Positions 18,018 through 28,140 are shown, numbered from the stretch's first letter. The stretch is 41,270 bases of DNA from a bacterium (GCA_023267755.1 JAHFMR010000006.1:1-41270); one strand, 5' to 3'. Notes: generated by a model not told the origin, from the sequence alone. Program-made: numbers and translations.

Positions 18018-18890
18018 ATGTTGAAAATCTTGTGCATCGCAGGGCCGACCGCCTCAGGCAAGTCAAGTCGAGCTGTCGAAGAAGCGCTCGCGCGTGATGG
18101 TGAGGTTATTTCTATCGACTCACGTCAGGTCTATCGCGGGCTCGATATCGGGACCGAGAAGATATCGGCTACCGAAATGCGCGGCGTGCCGCACCATCTA
18201 ATAGATATCCGCAATCCCGAGGAGAATTATTCTGCCGGCGACTTTGTCACCGATGCAATACGCTTGATTGAAGAAATCACAGCGCGTGGGAACCTGCCGA
18301 TACTTGTCGGCGGGACGCACTTCTACTTCGATGCGCTTCTTAACGGCCTCCCAATCGGTGTCGACGCCAATCCGCAGCTGCGTGAAGAGCTCGAGCAGCT
18401 CTCGACCGAGGAGCTGTATGCGCGCGTCCGCCAAGCGGACGCGCGCCGTGCCGCAGAGCTGGACCCGCAGAACCGTCGCCGACTTATCCGCGCGCTCGAG
18501 ATTATCGCCTCCCTTGGGCACGTTCCACTCCGACACGAGGGGCACCCTCGTGCTGCACGAGGGTGCCCCTCGTGGGAGGTCGAGTGGATAGTGATTGACC
18601 CGTCGCGTGAAGAGCTGCGAGAGAGAATTAACACACGTCTCGCCACCGCCTTTAAGCGTGACCTCATCGAGGAGGTGCGCCAGGTGCGTACCCGTGTCGG
18701 CGATACGCGCCTTAACGAGCTTGGGCTCGAATATAGAATAGTCGGCGAGTACGTGTCCTCCTCCGCTGAAGCTACGGAGGACACGGCGCGTATCCAAGAA
18801 AAATTATTGCCGGTTCTATCGGCGAAGCTTTGGCAGTATGCCCGCCGCCAGAAAGCCTGGCTCCGCAAGCTTGGCCACTCGGCGTCCTAA
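18018..18890 (+). CDS. miaA: tRNA dimethylallyltransferase
   Basis: GPTASGKS, DSRQVYRGLDIGTEK, PHHLID, VGGTHFY, YARRQKAW. Confidence 0.95.
   Translation: MLKILCIAGPTASGKSSRAVEEALARDGEVISIDSRQVYRGLDIGTEKISATEMRGVPHHLIDIRNPEENYSAGDFVTDAIRLIEEITARGNLPILVGGTHFYFDALLNGLPIGVDANPQLREELEQLSTEELYARVRQADARRAAELDPQNRRRLIRALEIIASLGHVPLRHEGHPRAARGCPSWEVEWIVIDPSREELRERINTRLATAFKRDLIEEVRQVRTRVGDTRLNELGLEYRIVGEYVSSSAEATEDTARIQEKLLPVLSAKLWQYARRQKAWLRKLGHSAS
18534..18574. repeat. Inverted REP-like doublet inside miaA
   Basis: CACGAGGGGCACCCTCGTGC-T-GCACGAGGGTGCCCCTCGTG; perfect 20-bp arms, each arm itself a hairpin with a 3-nt loop. Confidence 0.9.
18752..18785. repeat. Second palindrome inside miaA
   Basis: CGTGTCCTC-CTCCGCTGAAGCTACG-GAGGACACG; encodes VSSSAEATEDT. 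Confidence 0.7.
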
Positions 18891-19849
18891 TTACAGGTAC
18901 AAGAGTCTTTAAGGGTGTAGTGAACAGGATCTCCCGGGCCATACCAAGTCAAACACGAAGCTGTTGCTTTCGCTTGCGCATCTGAAGAAGATTGGTCGAA
19001 CCCAGTAACATCTATCGCCTTCCCTGCTGTGTGATTTGAATTCGTTGCTACTGGCCTACTGCAACTCAAAGCATGTCTTGTTAACTCTGCGGAGACACTG
19101 TTCTTGAGAGCGCTGCACGCAGTACTCGTATTATATTGAAGACCTTGCGTGCACCACCGATCTCGTATCTCAAATAAATGTGTCTGATATGTCTGCGGTC
19201 TATATGCAGAAGTAACCGTACCGCCAATCCCAGGTTGGGTGATGAATTTTGTTGCACATGGTCGTAATCGAGGATCCGCGCCGGTCCACACCACTGTTTG
19301 TCCGTCTTCCATCTGGAGCGCAGCCGAATCCGTAAGCGGTGTGAGCGCCGGTACAGAGCAGGCCACCGTAACACCTGCAGGTACGACTGCACCCGACGTA
19401 TACGGTGCTCCCGTCTGCGGCAGACAGAAATTCTGCCCGCCCGAGGTGATGAGGCTCGACCAGGACCCTAGCGAGCCGTTATAAAGCACCACCATCATTG
19501 CGTCGACAATCATCCAACCCGCGAGCGCGATGACGATGCCGACGATGGTATTGGTAAGGACACTCTTCGCTTTATCTATCCCACCAGAGTTCACCGGATT
19601 CACCACGAAAAGGAAGCCAGCATACGCGACTGAGAGCGGTGCGACAAAGACGATACCGAGCGTAATAAGAAACTCAATGACGTTATTGAAGACCTGAATA
19701 AGCATCCCCCAGCCCGCTGGACATGAAGCATAATTCCCTTGTTGTGGAATGATAGGCCCGAAAAACGGTATCATCGCGTGTGCCACGACAGGGAGCAGAA
19801 GCGAGCCTGTCACCAGGAAGAGTGCGAGAAGAGGGGCGCGAGAACGCAT
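18887..19849 (-). CDS. TrbC/VirB2-like pilin fused to a DD-peptidase-like (M15-type) domain
   Basis: Pilin TM-loop-TM (YAGFLFV...KAKSVLTNTIVGIVIAL); C-terminal SAYRP...SNHTAGKAID...H motif. Confidence 0.72.
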   Translation of the reverse strand: MRSRAPLLALFLVTGSLLLPVVAHAMIPFFGPIIPQQGNYASCPAGWGMLIQVFNNVIEFLITLGIVFVAPLSVAYAGFLFVVNPVNSGGIDKAKSVLTNTIVGIVIALAGWMIVDAMMVVLYNGSLGSWSSLITSGGQNFCLPQTGAPYTSGAVVPAGVTVACSVPALTPLTDSAALQMEDGQTVVWTGADPRLRPCATKFITQPGIGGTVTSAYRPQTYQTHLFEIRDRWCTQGLQYNTSTACSALKNSVSAELTRHALSCSRPVATNSNHTAGKAIDVTGFDQSSSDAQAKATASCLTWYGPGDPVHYTLKDSCTCN

Positions 19850-19932
19850 ACTTCATATCATACCGCCCTTCTGTGCGTCTGGAACAGCTTTCCCCACTGC
19901 CCTTCCTCTGGTATCGTTCATCTGTGTGCGCA

Positions 19933-20003
19933 GGGTCCATCGTATAATGGTAGTACATCGGTCTCCAAAACCGACAGCCCAGGTCCGATTCCTGGTGGGC
20001 CCG
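19933..20003 (+). tRNA. tRNA-Trp(CCA)
   Basis: GGGTCCA/TGGGCCC acceptor, loop CT-CCA-AA; T-loop reads TCCGATT. Confidence 0.9.
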
Positions 20004-20042
20004 CAGCTTGTTATAACACCACCGTACCCATACAATTGACGT

Positions 20043-20966
20043 ATGGAACCGCAGAAAAGTATTTTGTTCGTGTGCACGGGAAATATCTTCCGCAGCCTTG
20101 CCGCAGAACAGAGTTTCAAGCAATACCTCGCCGCCAACGCTATCGAGGGGTGGCGCGTCGCCTCTGCGGGTATCGTCGCTGCGCCACAGCCGACCGACCC
20201 AAAGACGCTTGAGACACTTCAGGAGCTCGGTATGGATGGCACCCGTCACGAGCAGCAACGTCTCACTCGCGAAATGCTTACCGAATACGACGTCATCGTC
20301 GGTATGGCAGAGAATCATATCGCGTATATGAAGTCCGAATTCGGCTACAACTACGCCTTTCTCTTCAACGAGCTCGCGACAGGAGAGAAGACGTCTATCT
20401 GGGATATTGAAGATGAGGTGTCGGACTACGCTCATAATCGGCAGGGTGTAGAGGAAAAGATTGCGCACACCGTGAGAAGTATCCACGACAAGATCCCCGC
20501 CTTGTTCGAATCGGCCTCTGAACGCTTCTACCTATTTAAGGATTTCATTGACGGAAAAGTTGCTCACCGGCACAACGGGTATCCTTTTATCACGCTAGAC
20601 GAGACGCCTCATTCTATCGCGTTTATGTCTATCGATATTCCGTTCAACGAAGATGGGCACGTCCTCGTAATCCCGAAGAAACGCTACTTCGACCTCTCCG
20701 AGATCCCCGATGAGATCCTGAGCAACATTCTCGCTTCCATCAAGAAGATAGGGCGCGCTCTAAACGTCGATCATGGCGGCTATAATATTCTCCTCAACAA
20801 CGGATTCGATGCCGGGCAATATATTATGCATACGCACTTTCATATCATCCCGAGACGGAGCGATGACGGTATAACAGTAGAAGGATGGGCGCATCCGAAA
20901 ATCAGTCTGGAGGATTTTGTCAGACTCAACGAGAAGCTTAAGCGACAGATAGAAGCAGTCTCTTAA
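20043..20966 (+). CDS. Fusion of an LMW phosphotyrosine-phosphatase-like domain and a HIT domain
   Basis: ILFVCTGNIFRSLAAE; GHVLVIPK and AGQYIMHTHFHIIPR. Confidence 0.85.
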   Translation: MEPQKSILFVCTGNIFRSLAAEQSFKQYLAANAIEGWRVASAGIVAAPQPTDPKTLETLQELGMDGTRHEQQRLTREMLTEYDVIVGMAENHIAYMKSEFGYNYAFLFNELATGEKTSIWDIEDEVSDYAHNRQGVEEKIAHTVRSIHDKIPALFESASERFYLFKDFIDGKVAHRHNGYPFITLDETPHSIAFMSIDIPFNEDGHVLVIPKKRYFDLSEIPDEILSNILASIKKIGRALNVDHGGYNILLNNGFDAGQYIMHTHFHIIPRRSDDGITVEGWAHPKISLEDFVRLNEKLKRQIEAVS

Positions 20967-20971
20967 CATAA

Positions 20972-21004
20972 AAGTAAAACCGCCCCGAAGGGGCGGTTTT
21001 ACTT
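20972..21004. terminator. Bidirectional intrinsic terminator
   Basis: AAGTAAAACCGCCCC-GAA-GGGGCGGTTTTACTT between convergent genes. Confidence 0.85.
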
Positions 21005-21007
21005 ATT

Positions 21008-21163
21008 TTATTTCTTCGTTTCCTTGAAGAGGACGCGCTTTTTGAGTGTCGGGTCGAACTTCACGACCTCGATCTTGCGTTCGACGGTTTTCTTATTCTT
21101 GCGCGACCAAATAACGTGACTGGACTTGGTCGACTTGAGCTTAAGCAGGCGGTCTTGTGACAT
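21008..21163 (-). CDS. rpmG: 50S ribosomal protein L33 (cysteine-free form); not in the supplied ORF track
   Basis: Manual translation MSQDRLLKLKSTKSSHVIWSRKNKKTVERKIEVVKFDPTLKKRVLFKETKK. Confidence 0.92.
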   Translation of the reverse strand: MSQDRLLKLKSTKSSHVIWSRKNKKTVERKIEVVKFDPTLKKRVLFKETKK

Positions 21164-21190
21164 AGAAGAAATCTACCAGATACACCGCTC

Positions 21191-23869
21191 TTAAGCAACC
21201 GCTGCCCTAGCGCGCGAGGCAGATGGCGTACGTTTCTTACTCACCTCGAAATGCGGCTCGCCGCCCTTTATCGAGACAGTAATCGTACCGCCCTCCATCA
21301 CGCCCTGTGCAACCATCAGCGAGGCGATTGGGGTCAGTATCTTGTCCTGTATCGTGCGCCGGAGCGGCCGAGCGCCATACTGCGGGTTGTAGCCCTTATC
21401 GGCAAGCCAGGTGTGCACCTCGCTTAGGAGTGTGAGTGCGATGCGCTTACCCGAGAGCCGCTTCATCACTTCGGCGACTTGAGTGTCGACAATCTTAGCG
21501 AGTGCCTCCTTCGCGAGTACGTCGAAGATGATGATATCGTCGAGACGATTGAGGAACTCGGGGCGGAAGTGCTCCTTAAGCGCGTCCATCACCTTCTCCT
21601 TGGTCTCTTCGTAGCGAGAAGCGTCGGTGGCGTCAGCAGTGCCGAAGCCGATATGCGCGAGTTTGTCGATGAACTCACCACCGATATTACTCGTGAGTAC
21701 GATAATCGTGTTCTTAAAGTTGACCTTGCGACCCTTGCCGTCGGTCAGATGTCCCGAGTCGAGTACTTGCAGGAGGATATTAAATACTTCCGGATGCGCC
21801 TTCTCTATTTCGTCGAAGAGCACCACCGCGTACGGACGATGACGGATGCGCTCGGTCAGAGTGCCTGACTCCTCATAGCCCACATAGCCCGGTGGCGCGC
21901 CGATAAGCTTAGCGACCGAGTGCTTCTCCATAAATTCGCTCATATCTACCCGCACGAGCGCATCGGGATCATTAAACATAAATTCTGCGAGCTTCTTAGA
22001 AAGTTCGGTCTTCCCCACGCCGGTGGGCCCCAGGAAGAGGAATGAACCGATAGGGCGATTAGGATCACTGATGCCCACGCGCGAACGCTTCACTGCGTCA
22101 GTAACCAGTTTTACCGCAACGTCTTGACCGATGATGCTTCCCTTGAGAGCCTCTTCCATACGACTAAGCTTCGCGGCTTCCTCCTCGAGCATACGCGCCA
22201 CGGGGATACCGGTCCACCGACTCACAACACCGGCGATATCCTGCTCGGTAACTTCTTCATTTAACACCCGCCGCGACTTCTGGAGCGTCTTCAGACGCTT
22301 CAGCTTGGTCTCCAAGTCCTTTTGGATGTGCGGGATCTTGCCGTAGCGAATCTCGGCGACAGTGCCAAGGTCAGCGGCGGCCTCGGCATTGTCCGCCTGT
22401 ATCTTAAGCGCTTCAAGCTCGGTCTTGGCCGAGCGAATATCCACCAGGACTTCCTTCTCATTCTTCCACTTGAGTTCGAGCTCGCTGGTCTTCTCCTTCA
22501 GATCGGCGACTTCTTTGTCGATAATCTTGATGCGCTCCTTAATCTCTTTGGCGTGCTCGCCCTCGAGATCCTTCTGGAGCGCCTGCCGCTCTATCTCGAG
22601 GCGGCGAATCTTCCGATCTGTCTCTTCAAGAAGCGGTGGTTTGTTCTCGAGTGCGATGCGCAATCCCGAAGCCGCTTCGTCGATAAGATCAATCGCCTTG
22701 TCGGGGAGGAACCGATCGCTGATATAGCGTGATGAGAGCTCCACTGCGGCGACAATCGCGCCGTCAGTAACCCGCACGCCGTGGAAAAGCTCATATTTAT
22801 CGCGGAGTCCGCGCAAGATGGCGATACCGTCTTCGATAGAAGGCTCATTTACAAAAACTGACTGGAACCGACGCGTGAGCGCGGCGTCCTTCTCGATATA
22901 TTTCTGATATTCCTTTATCGTCGTGGCTCCGATGACGCGTATTTCACCACGGCTAAGCGCCGGTTTGAGCATATTGGAGGCGTCGAGCGAGCCCTCGGCG
23001 CTCCCCGCACCCACGAGCGTGTGGAGTTCGTCGACGAAGAGTATTACCTTCCCTTCTGCACGTTCGACCTCCTTCATCACGTTTTTCATTCGCTCCTCAA
23101 ACTCGCCGCGGTACTTGGTCCCGGCGATTAAGAGTCCGAGATCAAGCGAGAGGAGCTCTTTCCCTTTCAGCGATTCGGGAACATCGTTCTGCGCCATACG
23201 CGCGGCGAGCCCCTCGGCTATAGCTGTCTTGCCGACGCCTGCTTCGCCGATGAGGATGGGGTTGTTCTTGGTGCGGCGCGCGAGAATCTGGATCACTCGA
23301 TTAATCTCCGTGTCGCGACCGATGACCGGATCAAGCTTGTTCTCAGCGGCAAGCTTGGTCAAGTTGCGCGCGTACTTGGCGAGTGCACGAAAACGCTTGG
23401 GCTCGGCGCCCTGCCCGTCCTTAGAGCTCTTGAGCTCTTTGAGGATAGCAAGCGCTGCATCACGCCCGATAGAGAAGCGTGCAAGGATGTCAGTGGCCGG
23501 ACCCGGATGCTCGATAACCGCGAGGAAGAGGTGCTCGGTGCCGACGAAAGAATCGTTCATCCTCGCTGCAATCTTGCCTGACGCCTCGAGTGCCTGCGCG
23601 AGGTCAGGCGTGAGGTATATCTGGTACGAGGGTGAGAGTACCGACGCACTCTCGGGCGCTTCGAGATGCTCGAGTACCGCATCAGCGAGCATAATAGTGT
23701 CGACCTCCATCCGATCGAGCATTGAGAAGACGAGCGACTCCTCCTGGAGCACGAGTGCGGCGAGGAGGTGGAGTGGCGAGACGTGGTTCTGCCCGCGCTC
23801 TATCGCGAGCTCGTGTGCGCGACGCACTGCTTCTTTAGCTTTGGTAGTCAGATTACTAAAGGGGGGCAT
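21191..23869 (-). CDS. clpB: ATP-dependent chaperone ClpB
   Basis: Clp N domain, GEAGVGKT and GPTGVGKT Walker A motifs, long M-domain coiled coil, GAPPGYVG. Confidence 0.95.
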   Translation of the reverse strand: MPPFSNLTTKAKEAVRRAHELAIERGQNHVSPLHLLAALVLQEESLVFSMLDRMEVDTIMLADAVLEHLEAPESASVLSPSYQIYLTPDLAQALEASGKIAARMNDSFVGTEHLFLAVIEHPGPATDILARFSIGRDAALAILKELKSSKDGQGAEPKRFRALAKYARNLTKLAAENKLDPVIGRDTEINRVIQILARRTKNNPILIGEAGVGKTAIAEGLAARMAQNDVPESLKGKELLSLDLGLLIAGTKYRGEFEERMKNVMKEVERAEGKVILFVDELHTLVGAGSAEGSLDASNMLKPALSRGEIRVIGATTIKEYQKYIEKDAALTRRFQSVFVNEPSIEDGIAILRGLRDKYELFHGVRVTDGAIVAAVELSSRYISDRFLPDKAIDLIDEAASGLRIALENKPPLLEETDRKIRRLEIERQALQKDLEGEHAKEIKERIKIIDKEVADLKEKTSELELKWKNEKEVLVDIRSAKTELEALKIQADNAEAAADLGTVAEIRYGKIPHIQKDLETKLKRLKTLQKSRRVLNEEVTEQDIAGVVSRWTGIPVARMLEEEAAKLSRMEEALKGSIIGQDVAVKLVTDAVKRSRVGISDPNRPIGSFLFLGPTGVGKTELSKKLAEFMFNDPDALVRVDMSEFMEKHSVAKLIGAPPGYVGYEESGTLTERIRHRPYAVVLFDEIEKAHPEVFNILLQVLDSGHLTDGKGRKVNFKNTIIVLTSNIGGEFIDKLAHIGFGTADATDASRYEETKEKVMDALKEHFRPEFLNRLDDIIIFDVLAKEALAKIVDTQVAEVMKRLSGKRIALTLLSEVHTWLADKGYNPQYGARPLRRTIQDKILTPIASLMVAQGVMEGGTITVSIKGGEPHFEVSKKRTPSASRARAAVA

Positions 23870-23884
23870 AGCGAATAATGATGA

Positions 23885-24655
23885 TTATTTTGCGACTGAC
23901 GCGGCAGCGGCAGTCGAGGTGGCGATGAGGAGCGCAGTAATCCTCTCTGTAGGGATGAGCAACCCGGCTGTCTCTCCAGCGCTGATACCGATAAGGTTGC
24001 CTGCGAGATCGACTGCAGCGCTCCCGACACCGATATTCGGCAGTGTGGTCTGAACACCCTTGTCGCCCACACGTGCGACGATGCCGGTAGCGGCAGCACC
24101 CTCGGCAGAGAGCGCGAGCGCTGTCTCGCCGAGTTTCAAGTCGCTTGTGGCGACCAAGACAGGAGAGGAGGTCGTCTTAGGCAACGCTGCTCCATCAGCA
24201 AACCCATAGATCATAATCCCCTTCCCTTGGTGTGCGAGCGACGCTGCGACGTAGGAGCCGTTCGGGAACTTAACAAGCACTTCTTTCGGCAGAGCGTCCT
24301 GTGCTGCTGTCACAATCGCGCGCGCCTTGGGGAGGTACGTCCCGACACTTATTGCAGGAGTCGAGGTACCCGTCTCAGCGGCGTAGAGCGCCACCGTGCG
24401 TGATGCTGCCGCGCCGATAGCGGCCGTAACGAGATCCTGGTTTGACGGCGCCGGCGCCTGGACGATTATCGCTGGCGCGGCTGCGGCCACCGTTTCAATC
24501 GTGTGCTCGACAACACGGTTCACCGTCTGCGTGACGAAAGCGGGTGCGTGATCAAGAAGCGACACGGTAAGAATCCCGGTCGCGACCGAAGTCACGAAGT
24601 TCACAAGAATCGTGAGGAGGATAAGCTGCGATTTGGAGAGTTCCTCTATGTTCAT
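23885..24655 (-). CDS. Membrane-anchored protein, possibly a degenerate trypsin-like (S1C) fold
   Basis: N-terminal TM; [13 protein letters not shown]; C-terminal [14 protein letters not shown] resembles the S1C GGPL.N..G..IGI motif without a clear catalytic triad. Confidence 0.55.
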   Translation of the reverse strand: MNIEELSKSQLILLTILVNFVTSVATGILTVSLLDHAPAFVTQTVNRVVEHTIETVAAAAPAIIVQAPAPSNQDLVTAAIGAAASRTVALYAAETGTSTPAISVGTYLPKARAIVTAAQDALPKEVLVKFPNGSYVAASLAHQGKGIMIYGFADGAALPKTTSSPVLVATSDLKLGETALALSAEGAAATGIVARVGDKGVQTTLPNIGVGSAAVDLAGNLIGISAGETAGLLIPTERITALLIATSTAAAASVAK

Positions 24656-24667
24656 ATCACTATAATG

Positions 24668-25828
24668 CTACCCTCTCGCGCCGCTGTCAACAAAAGCGAC
24701 TGCCCGCACGAGCTCACCTGCAAAACGCGTCAAATCACCCGCCCGTGTGGACGGTCCCCAGGAGACGCGCAACGTCGTGTGCGCTCTCTCCTTGTCGCCG
24801 GTGAGAATGAAAACTGCGTGCGAGCCCTCCTCTGAATCAGTCTCGCACGCGCTTCGCGAGGAGACGGCAATTCCCGCCTCATCGAGGAGTGCCACGAGAT
24901 AATCAGTGTCGCGTCCTGGGAGCGAGAGACTAAGAATATTCGGCGTTTGTCTGTGACCCTTATTTATATATACGTCTGGGATATCCCGCGTGACGCGCTC
25001 TACGAGCCTCTCTCGCTCTTGTTTAGCAGTCGTATAAAACACTTCGTGGCTTCGCGCAGCGGCGCTAAGCGCCTCCGCAAATGCTCTTGCGAGCTCGGGC
25101 GTCTCGCTCCCAGGACGCAATCCTCGTTCTTGACCGCCGCCACGATAGAGTGGTGCAAGCGGAATAGTGCGATGTGCGATGAGCACGCCAATGCCGCGAA
25201 GTGCGCCGACCTTCGCGCCGTCGAACGTGAGCAGATCGGCGCCAAAGTGTGCACGAGTTATCTTCTCCGTAAGCGGCGCCTGACTCGCATCCACGTGCAG
25301 CAGCGCAGCGGGGAAAGTGATTTCTTCGCGAGTGGCTGCCCTGCCTCGAGCGAGCGAGAAATTACTTTCCCCGCTGCGCGTGCCCCGAAGTGTTGCAGCC
25401 ACCTCGCGCGTATTCCAGATGACTCCCGTCTCACCGCATACCGCATCCATCGAGATGAGAACTGTCTCGGGTCGGAGCAGCCTTGCGAGCGCTTCTGTAT
25501 CTACCGCTCCATCCTTAATCGGGAGCGCTTCCACTACCGCTCCACGTTCTTCGGCCATCTTCATATTCTCCACGATAGACGCGTGTGCACTCGGCAAGTA
25601 GAGCAGATGAGCTCCGGGCCGAGCGAGACCGAGGATAGCAAGCGCGTTGGCCTCAGTCGCCCCGCTCGTGAAGATGACATCATCGGCCTGTGCCTCAACC
25701 AGCCGCGCGATAGTCGTCCGTGCGTCTTCGAGTACCGCCTTCGCCTGACGGCCCTCCTCGTGCGGCGATGATGGGTTCCCGGCCACGCCAGCGGCTTGAT
25801 CAAGATTGAGTCTCTTCTGCCACCACAT
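24668..25828 (-). CDS. Cysteine desulfurase (class V aminotransferase, NifS/IscS-like)
   Basis: GNPSS, FTSGATEAN, HVDASQ, GGGQERGLRPGSE, SSRSAC, LRVSWG. Confidence 0.88.
   Translation of the reverse strand: MWWQKRLNLDQAAGVAGNPSSPHEEGRQAKAVLEDARTTIARLVEAQADDVIFTSGATEANALAILGLARPGAHLLYLPSAHASIVENMKMAEERGAVVEALPIKDGAVDTEALARLLRPETVLISMDAVCGETGVIWNTREVAATLRGTRSGESNFSLARGRAATREEITFPAALLHVDASQAPLTEKITRAHFGADLLTFDGAKVGALRGIGVLIAHRTIPLAPLYRGGGQERGLRPGSETPELARAFAEALSAAARSHEVFYTTAKQERERLVERVTRDIPDVYINKGHRQTPNILSLSLPGRDTDYLVALLDEAGIAVSSRSACETDSEEGSHAVFILTGDKERAHTTLRVSWGPSTRAGDLTRFAGELVRAVAFVDSGARG
25303..25379. repeat. Long hairpin inside the cysteine desulfurase gene
   Basis: GCGCAGCGGGGAAAGTGATTTCT...AGAAATTACTTTCCCCGCTGCGC; 23-bp arms with one G-T pair. 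Confidence 0.85.
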
Positions 25829-25893
25829 ACGTTCATTCTACACGAACCGCCCTGATTGCAACTTAGTCATTTTTGTGATGAAATAGGGGCACT

Positions 25894-27375
25894 ATGGCGC
25901 GGGAACAACGACCGCCTGTCATCGCGGTGATGGGTCATATAGACCACGGCAAGTCCTCTCTTCTGGATTACATCCGGAAGGCAAATGTCGTGGCCGGCGA
26001 GGCGGGTGGTATCACTCAGCACGTCGCCGCCTATATCGCCCTGCATAACGGACGCCCGGTCACCTTCCTCGATACGCCCGGGCACGAAGCCTTTAAGACC
26101 ATCCGTGCGCGCGGTGCGGCCGCCGCAGATATCAGCATCCTCGTCGTCGCGGCCGACGAAGGCGTGATGCCGCAGACGCTCGACGCGCTCGCCGCGATAC
26201 GTGAGGCGGCTATCCCTTTTATCGTCGCGATTACGAAGATCGACAAGAACAATGCCGATATCGAACGCGCGAAGCACTCGCTCCTCGAACACGAGGTGCT
26301 TCTCGAAGGTCTCGGCGGCGATACCGCGTACTCTCTCGTCTCGTCGAAGACGGGTGAGGGTATCGACGAGCTCCTCGATCTCGTCCTTCTCTCTGCCGAC
26401 CTCCTCGAGCTCTCAGGCGACCCCGAGGTTGTTGCGACCGGCTTCGTCCTCGAGTCGACCCAAGACCCCAAGCGCGGCGCCTCCGCCACGCTCGTGATTA
26501 AGGACGGCACACTCACTAAGGACGGCTTCGTCGTCGCCGGCGAGGCCTATGCGCCGATACGCTTCATCGAAGACTTCCTCGGCACGCGTGTCGAGAGCGC
26601 GGGGCCCTCTGCGCCGGTGCGTATCTCCGGATTCAGCAAGCTACCCACCGCCGGATCTCTCTTTACCGTGGTGAAGACAAAGAAGGAGGCTGAGGCGGCA
26701 GTTGAGGAAAATAAGAAGGAGCTCGCTGCGATGCCTGAACGTATCGCCACAGTAGAGGGCATAACCGAGTTCCCGCTTATCGTGAAGGCTGACGTCGCCG
26801 GCTCTATTGACGCGATCGCTCACGAGTTGAAAAAGATTGCCCACGAGCGCGGGATCGTGCGGATTATCTCTTCTGGCGTGGGAACCGTTTCCGAGAACGA
26901 TATCAAGACGGCCCACGCGAGCGGCGGAACGATTATCGCCTTCAACGTCTCTACCGACGCCATCGCGAGCGAGCTCGCGGAGCGCGACAATGTTCCCCTC
27001 TTCACTTTTTCAATCATCTACGAGCTCTCGCAGAAGGTGCAGGAGCTTCTCGACGCAAGCATCCCCGCAGTCGCCTCTGAAAAGGAGCTCGGCCGCGCTC
27101 TGATCCTTAAAGTCTTTTCTTCAAGTGCTAAGAAGCAGGTATTGGGGGCGCGATATATCTCGGGCTCGCTCGCTGTGGGCAGCCGTGTGAAGCTCCTACG
27201 GAAAATCGGCGGCGAGCATAGCGAGATCGCCCGCGGGAGCATCAGTAATCTCCAGCAAGCGCGCAGCGATGTGCAGGAGATCCACACCGAGGGCGACTTC
27301 GGCACCGAGGTGGAGTGCCGCGCCGACGCAGCCTACGGCGACGAACTCGTCTCTTTCGTCGTCACCCAATTATGA
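25894..27375 (+). CDS. infB: Translation initiation factor IF-2 (lacks the N-terminal extension)
   Basis: RPPVIAVMGHIDHGKS, GGITQH, FLDTPGHEAF, IVKADVAGS. Confidence 0.95.
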   Translation: MAREQRPPVIAVMGHIDHGKSSLLDYIRKANVVAGEAGGITQHVAAYIALHNGRPVTFLDTPGHEAFKTIRARGAAAADISILVVAADEGVMPQTLDALAAIREAAIPFIVAITKIDKNNADIERAKHSLLEHEVLLEGLGGDTAYSLVSSKTGEGIDELLDLVLLSADLLELSGDPEVVATGFVLESTQDPKRGASATLVIKDGTLTKDGFVVAGEAYAPIRFIEDFLGTRVESAGPSAPVRISGFSKLPTAGSLFTVVKTKKEAEAAVEENKKELAAMPERIATVEGITEFPLIVKADVAGSIDAIAHELKKIAHERGIVRIISSGVGTVSENDIKTAHASGGTIIAFNVSTDAIASELAERDNVPLFTFSIIYELSQKVQELLDASIPAVASEKELGRALILKVFSSSAKKQVLGARYISGSLAVGSRVKLLRKIGGEHSEIARGSISNLQQARSDVQEIHTEGDFGTEVECRADAAYGDELVSFVVTQL

Positions 27376-27707
27376 ACCCCGACAACCGATCACGCTCGCC
27401 GCGCCGACAGAGCGACCGCGCCACGCTCATCGTCGCGCACGAAGCCGCCCAGTTTATCGCTCGCGAAGCGAGCAAGGACTCGCTCATCACCGTCATCCGT
27501 GCCCAGAGTGTGGCACACGGCGAACGTATGTTGGTCTTCGTTAGTATCTTCCCTATCGAGAAGGCGCGAAGCGCACTCGCATTTCTCGAGCGCCAGCGTG
27601 AAGCCTTTTCCGATCACCTGAAGGCACACGCACGCTTACGCCTCCCGCGAATAGACTTTATGCTCGACAACGGCGAGGAATCGCTTCCCGACTCCCCCGT
27701 CAGGTAG
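27372..27707 (+). CDS. rbfA: Ribosome-binding factor A-like protein
   Basis: ATGA overlap with the infB stop, infB-rbfA synteny, LITV...VFVSIFP...LPRIDF. Confidence 0.75.
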   Translation: MNPDNRSRSPRRQSDRATLIVAHEAAQFIAREASKDSLITVIRAQSVAHGERMLVFVSIFPIEKARSALAFLERQREAFSDHLKAHARLRLPRIDFMLDNGEESLPDSPVR

Positions 27708-27721
27708 TATCATCAGGGAAC

Positions 27722-27793
27722 GGCCCGGTGGTGAAGTGGTAACACAGCGGTCTGCAAAACCGCGATGCGCGGGTTCGATTCCCGCTCGGGCCT
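27722..27793 (+). tRNA. tRNA-Cys(GCA)
   Basis: Loop CT-GCA-AA, GGTTCGATTCC, U discriminator. Confidence 0.95.
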
Positions 27794-27825
27794 CACGTTT
27801 TGAAATAGAGTAAGATGTAGACATT

Positions 27826-27917
27826 GCCAAGGTGGCGGAATGGTAGACGCACAGGACTTAAAATCCTGAGAGGGCCTAAAAACCTTCGTGTGGGTTCGAG
27901 TCCCACCCTTGGTACCA
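27826..27917 (+). tRNA. tRNA-Leu(TAA), CCA encoded
   Basis: Loop CT-TAA-AA, long variable arm, ends CCTTGGTACCA. Confidence 0.95.
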
Positions 27918-27950
27918 GGATAAAATGTGCTAAATTATAAAAGTCAGTCT

Positions 27951-28023
27951 GCGCCTATAGCTCAGTTGGTAGAGCAGCTCCCTCTTAAGGAGACGGTCCC
28001 AGGTTCGAGCCCTGGTAGGCGCA
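27951..28023 (+). tRNA. tRNA-Lys(CTT)
   Basis: GCGCCTA/TAGGCGC acceptor, loop CT-CTT-AA. Confidence 0.95.
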
Positions 28024-28057
28024 CAAAAATCGTATCGACTTGGTATAGTACGAGCAG

Positions 28058-28139
28058 GCTGGGATGGCGAAATTGGTAGACGCACTAGCCTTAGGAGCTA
28101 GCGGGGCAACCCATGGAGGTTCGAGTCCTCTTCCCAGCA
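28058..28139 (+). tRNA. tRNA-Leu(TAG)
   Basis: GCTGGGA/TCCCAGC acceptor, loop CT-TAG-GA, variable arm. Confidence 0.95.
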
Positions 28140-28140
28140 C

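Noticed and set aside
22923-24053. 376-aa plus-strand ORF and similar antisense ORFs over serS, topA, relA and the SPFH gene
   Set aside because: They overlap well-supported genes on the opposite strand.
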